Notes under the pieces: model-generated
Database searches by the model: none
Seen by the model: the letters and a program-made list of their open reading frames with translations, nothing else
Told to the model about the DNA's origin: nothing
Source of the DNA: an uncultured Chloroflexia bacterium
GTDB taxonomy: Bacteria > Chloroflexota > UBA6077 > JACCZL01
Assembly (NCBI GenBank): GCA_963765765.1
Contig: CAVXYC010000020.1
Span: forward strand, 800,001 to 864,000
DNA length: 64,000 nucleotides
Direction: 5' to 3'
Shown here: piece after piece, positions 63,003-64,000 of the stretch
How positions within the stretch are numbered: position 1 is the stretch's first letter
How the letters are laid out: each line of letters starts with the position of its first letter
Position numbers and translations under genes: made by a program

Positions 63003-64000
63003 GGCGTCCCGGGCAGCGTCACGATGAGGGCGTTCGAGGGATTGAGATATTGCGCGGCAACTCGTTGGACGTCAGCCGCGGTCACTGACTGAATGTGAGC
63101 AACGTACTCATCAATGGGCATGTAATTACCAAGCGCCAGACCATCGGACAGCTCCTGAGCGAGCCCAGAGACCGATTCTTGTCGAAGCTCGAGCGAGCCG
63201 GCAATCGATAACTTGGCGTCCTGCAGCTCATCATCTGACAACGGCTCTGTGGCAAGCCGGCCCAGATGAGTAGCGATACGATCCAACACAGCCTCCACTG
63301 AGACCGGCGCTGTGGATGCATCGATCTCAAAGATGCCCATGTCTGTGTACTCTGGGTACGAGCTGGAGATACTGGTCGCGAGCCCCTCATTGTCAACGAT
63401 ATCAGTGAACAGTCGCTGCCCTACTCCGCTGAGCACGGTATCCGCAACCTCGATCGCATAGCGATCCGGACTATCCGCTCCGGGAACCGCGAACCCGTAG
63501 CTGACCTGCACCTGTCGTGCTGAGTAAGGTACGCCGATGCGACGTGGATTTGCGGGTGGCGGCGGAATAGCTGGAATCTCCGGTCGCGGTCCCTGGCGCA
63601 TACCAGCAAACGCAGCCGCGATTCTGGCAAAGGCACTGTCATGATCGATGTTGCCGGCCACGGCGACCACCATGTTGCTGGTGACGAAGTACGTATCCCT
63701 GTAAGCGAGAATTACCTCTCGCGTCACGTTGTTGATGGTTGCACGACTGCCGATCGGCTGCTTCTCGAGAGGGTGGCCCTGCGCAATTTCCTGTGCGAAG
63801 ATCTCGCCCGCATACTGATAGGGGTTATCTCGCGATCGATTGAGCTCCTCGAGAACGACTTTGCGCTCCTTCTCGAATCTATCTTCGGGGAAATCGGAAT
63901 TCACCATCATGTCCGCCATGATGTCGAGCCCGATATCGAAGGCGTGATCCGGGATCACGATCTGGAAATTAATGGACTCCGCACCCGTCCAGGCATTGCT
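62999..64000 (-). CDS. M16 family peptidase, N-terminus outside the window
   Basis: ERKVVLEEL, NMVVAVAGN, VTAADVQRVAAQYL; GTGA overlap with the next gene. Confidence 0.85.
   Translation of the reverse strand, partial: SNAWTGAESINFQIVIPDHAFDIGLDIMADMMVNSDFPEDRFEKERKVVLEELNRSRDNPYQYAGEIFAQEIAQGHPLEKQPIGSRATINNVTREVILAYRDTYFVTSNMVVAVAGNIDHDSAFARIAAAFAGMRQGPRPEIPAIPPPPANPRRIGVPYSARQVQVSYGFAVPGADSPDRYAIEVADTVLSGVGQRLFTDIVDNEGLATSISSSYPEYTDMGIFEIDASTAPVSVEAVLDRIATHLGRLATEPLSDDELQDAKLSIAGSLELRQESVSGLAQELSDGLALGNYMPIDEYVAHIQSVTAADVQRVAAQYLNPSNALIVTLPGTP

Overview
This is a 64 kb window of GC-rich bacterial chromosome. The gene families present (DUF3090, PASTA kinase, USP-GpgS fusion, fused AccDA, several paralogous Rieske oxygenases) suggest a monoderm, probably Chloroflexota-like organism, but that is inference. 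Many genes carry single-base frameshifts, most likely uncorrected long-read or assembly indels. Main content: four Rieske aromatic oxygenases, the lower protocatechuate 4,5-cleavage genes ligJ/ligU/ligI, a form II-type coxSLM cluster plus a separate coxG-moeA-coxD-coxE cluster, recQ, a PknB-like kinase, accDA, metG, folC, a glucosylglycerate-type locus, cysE, fabD-fabF-fabF, a carbamoyltransferase and M16 peptidases. The most interesting unexplained element is a translationally coupled two-gene unit at 44855-45582: a small predicted beta-grasp (ubiquitin/ThiS-like) protein ending in AGG-AGG and a membrane-anchored, Cys-containing partner, with no E1 or JAB gene nearby. Other signals are a candidate compact 6S RNA (about 16772-16902), nested REP/MITE-like palindromes, and a heptamer-repeat motif upstream of two Rieske genes. 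I found no rRNA, tRNA, CRISPR array or transposase.
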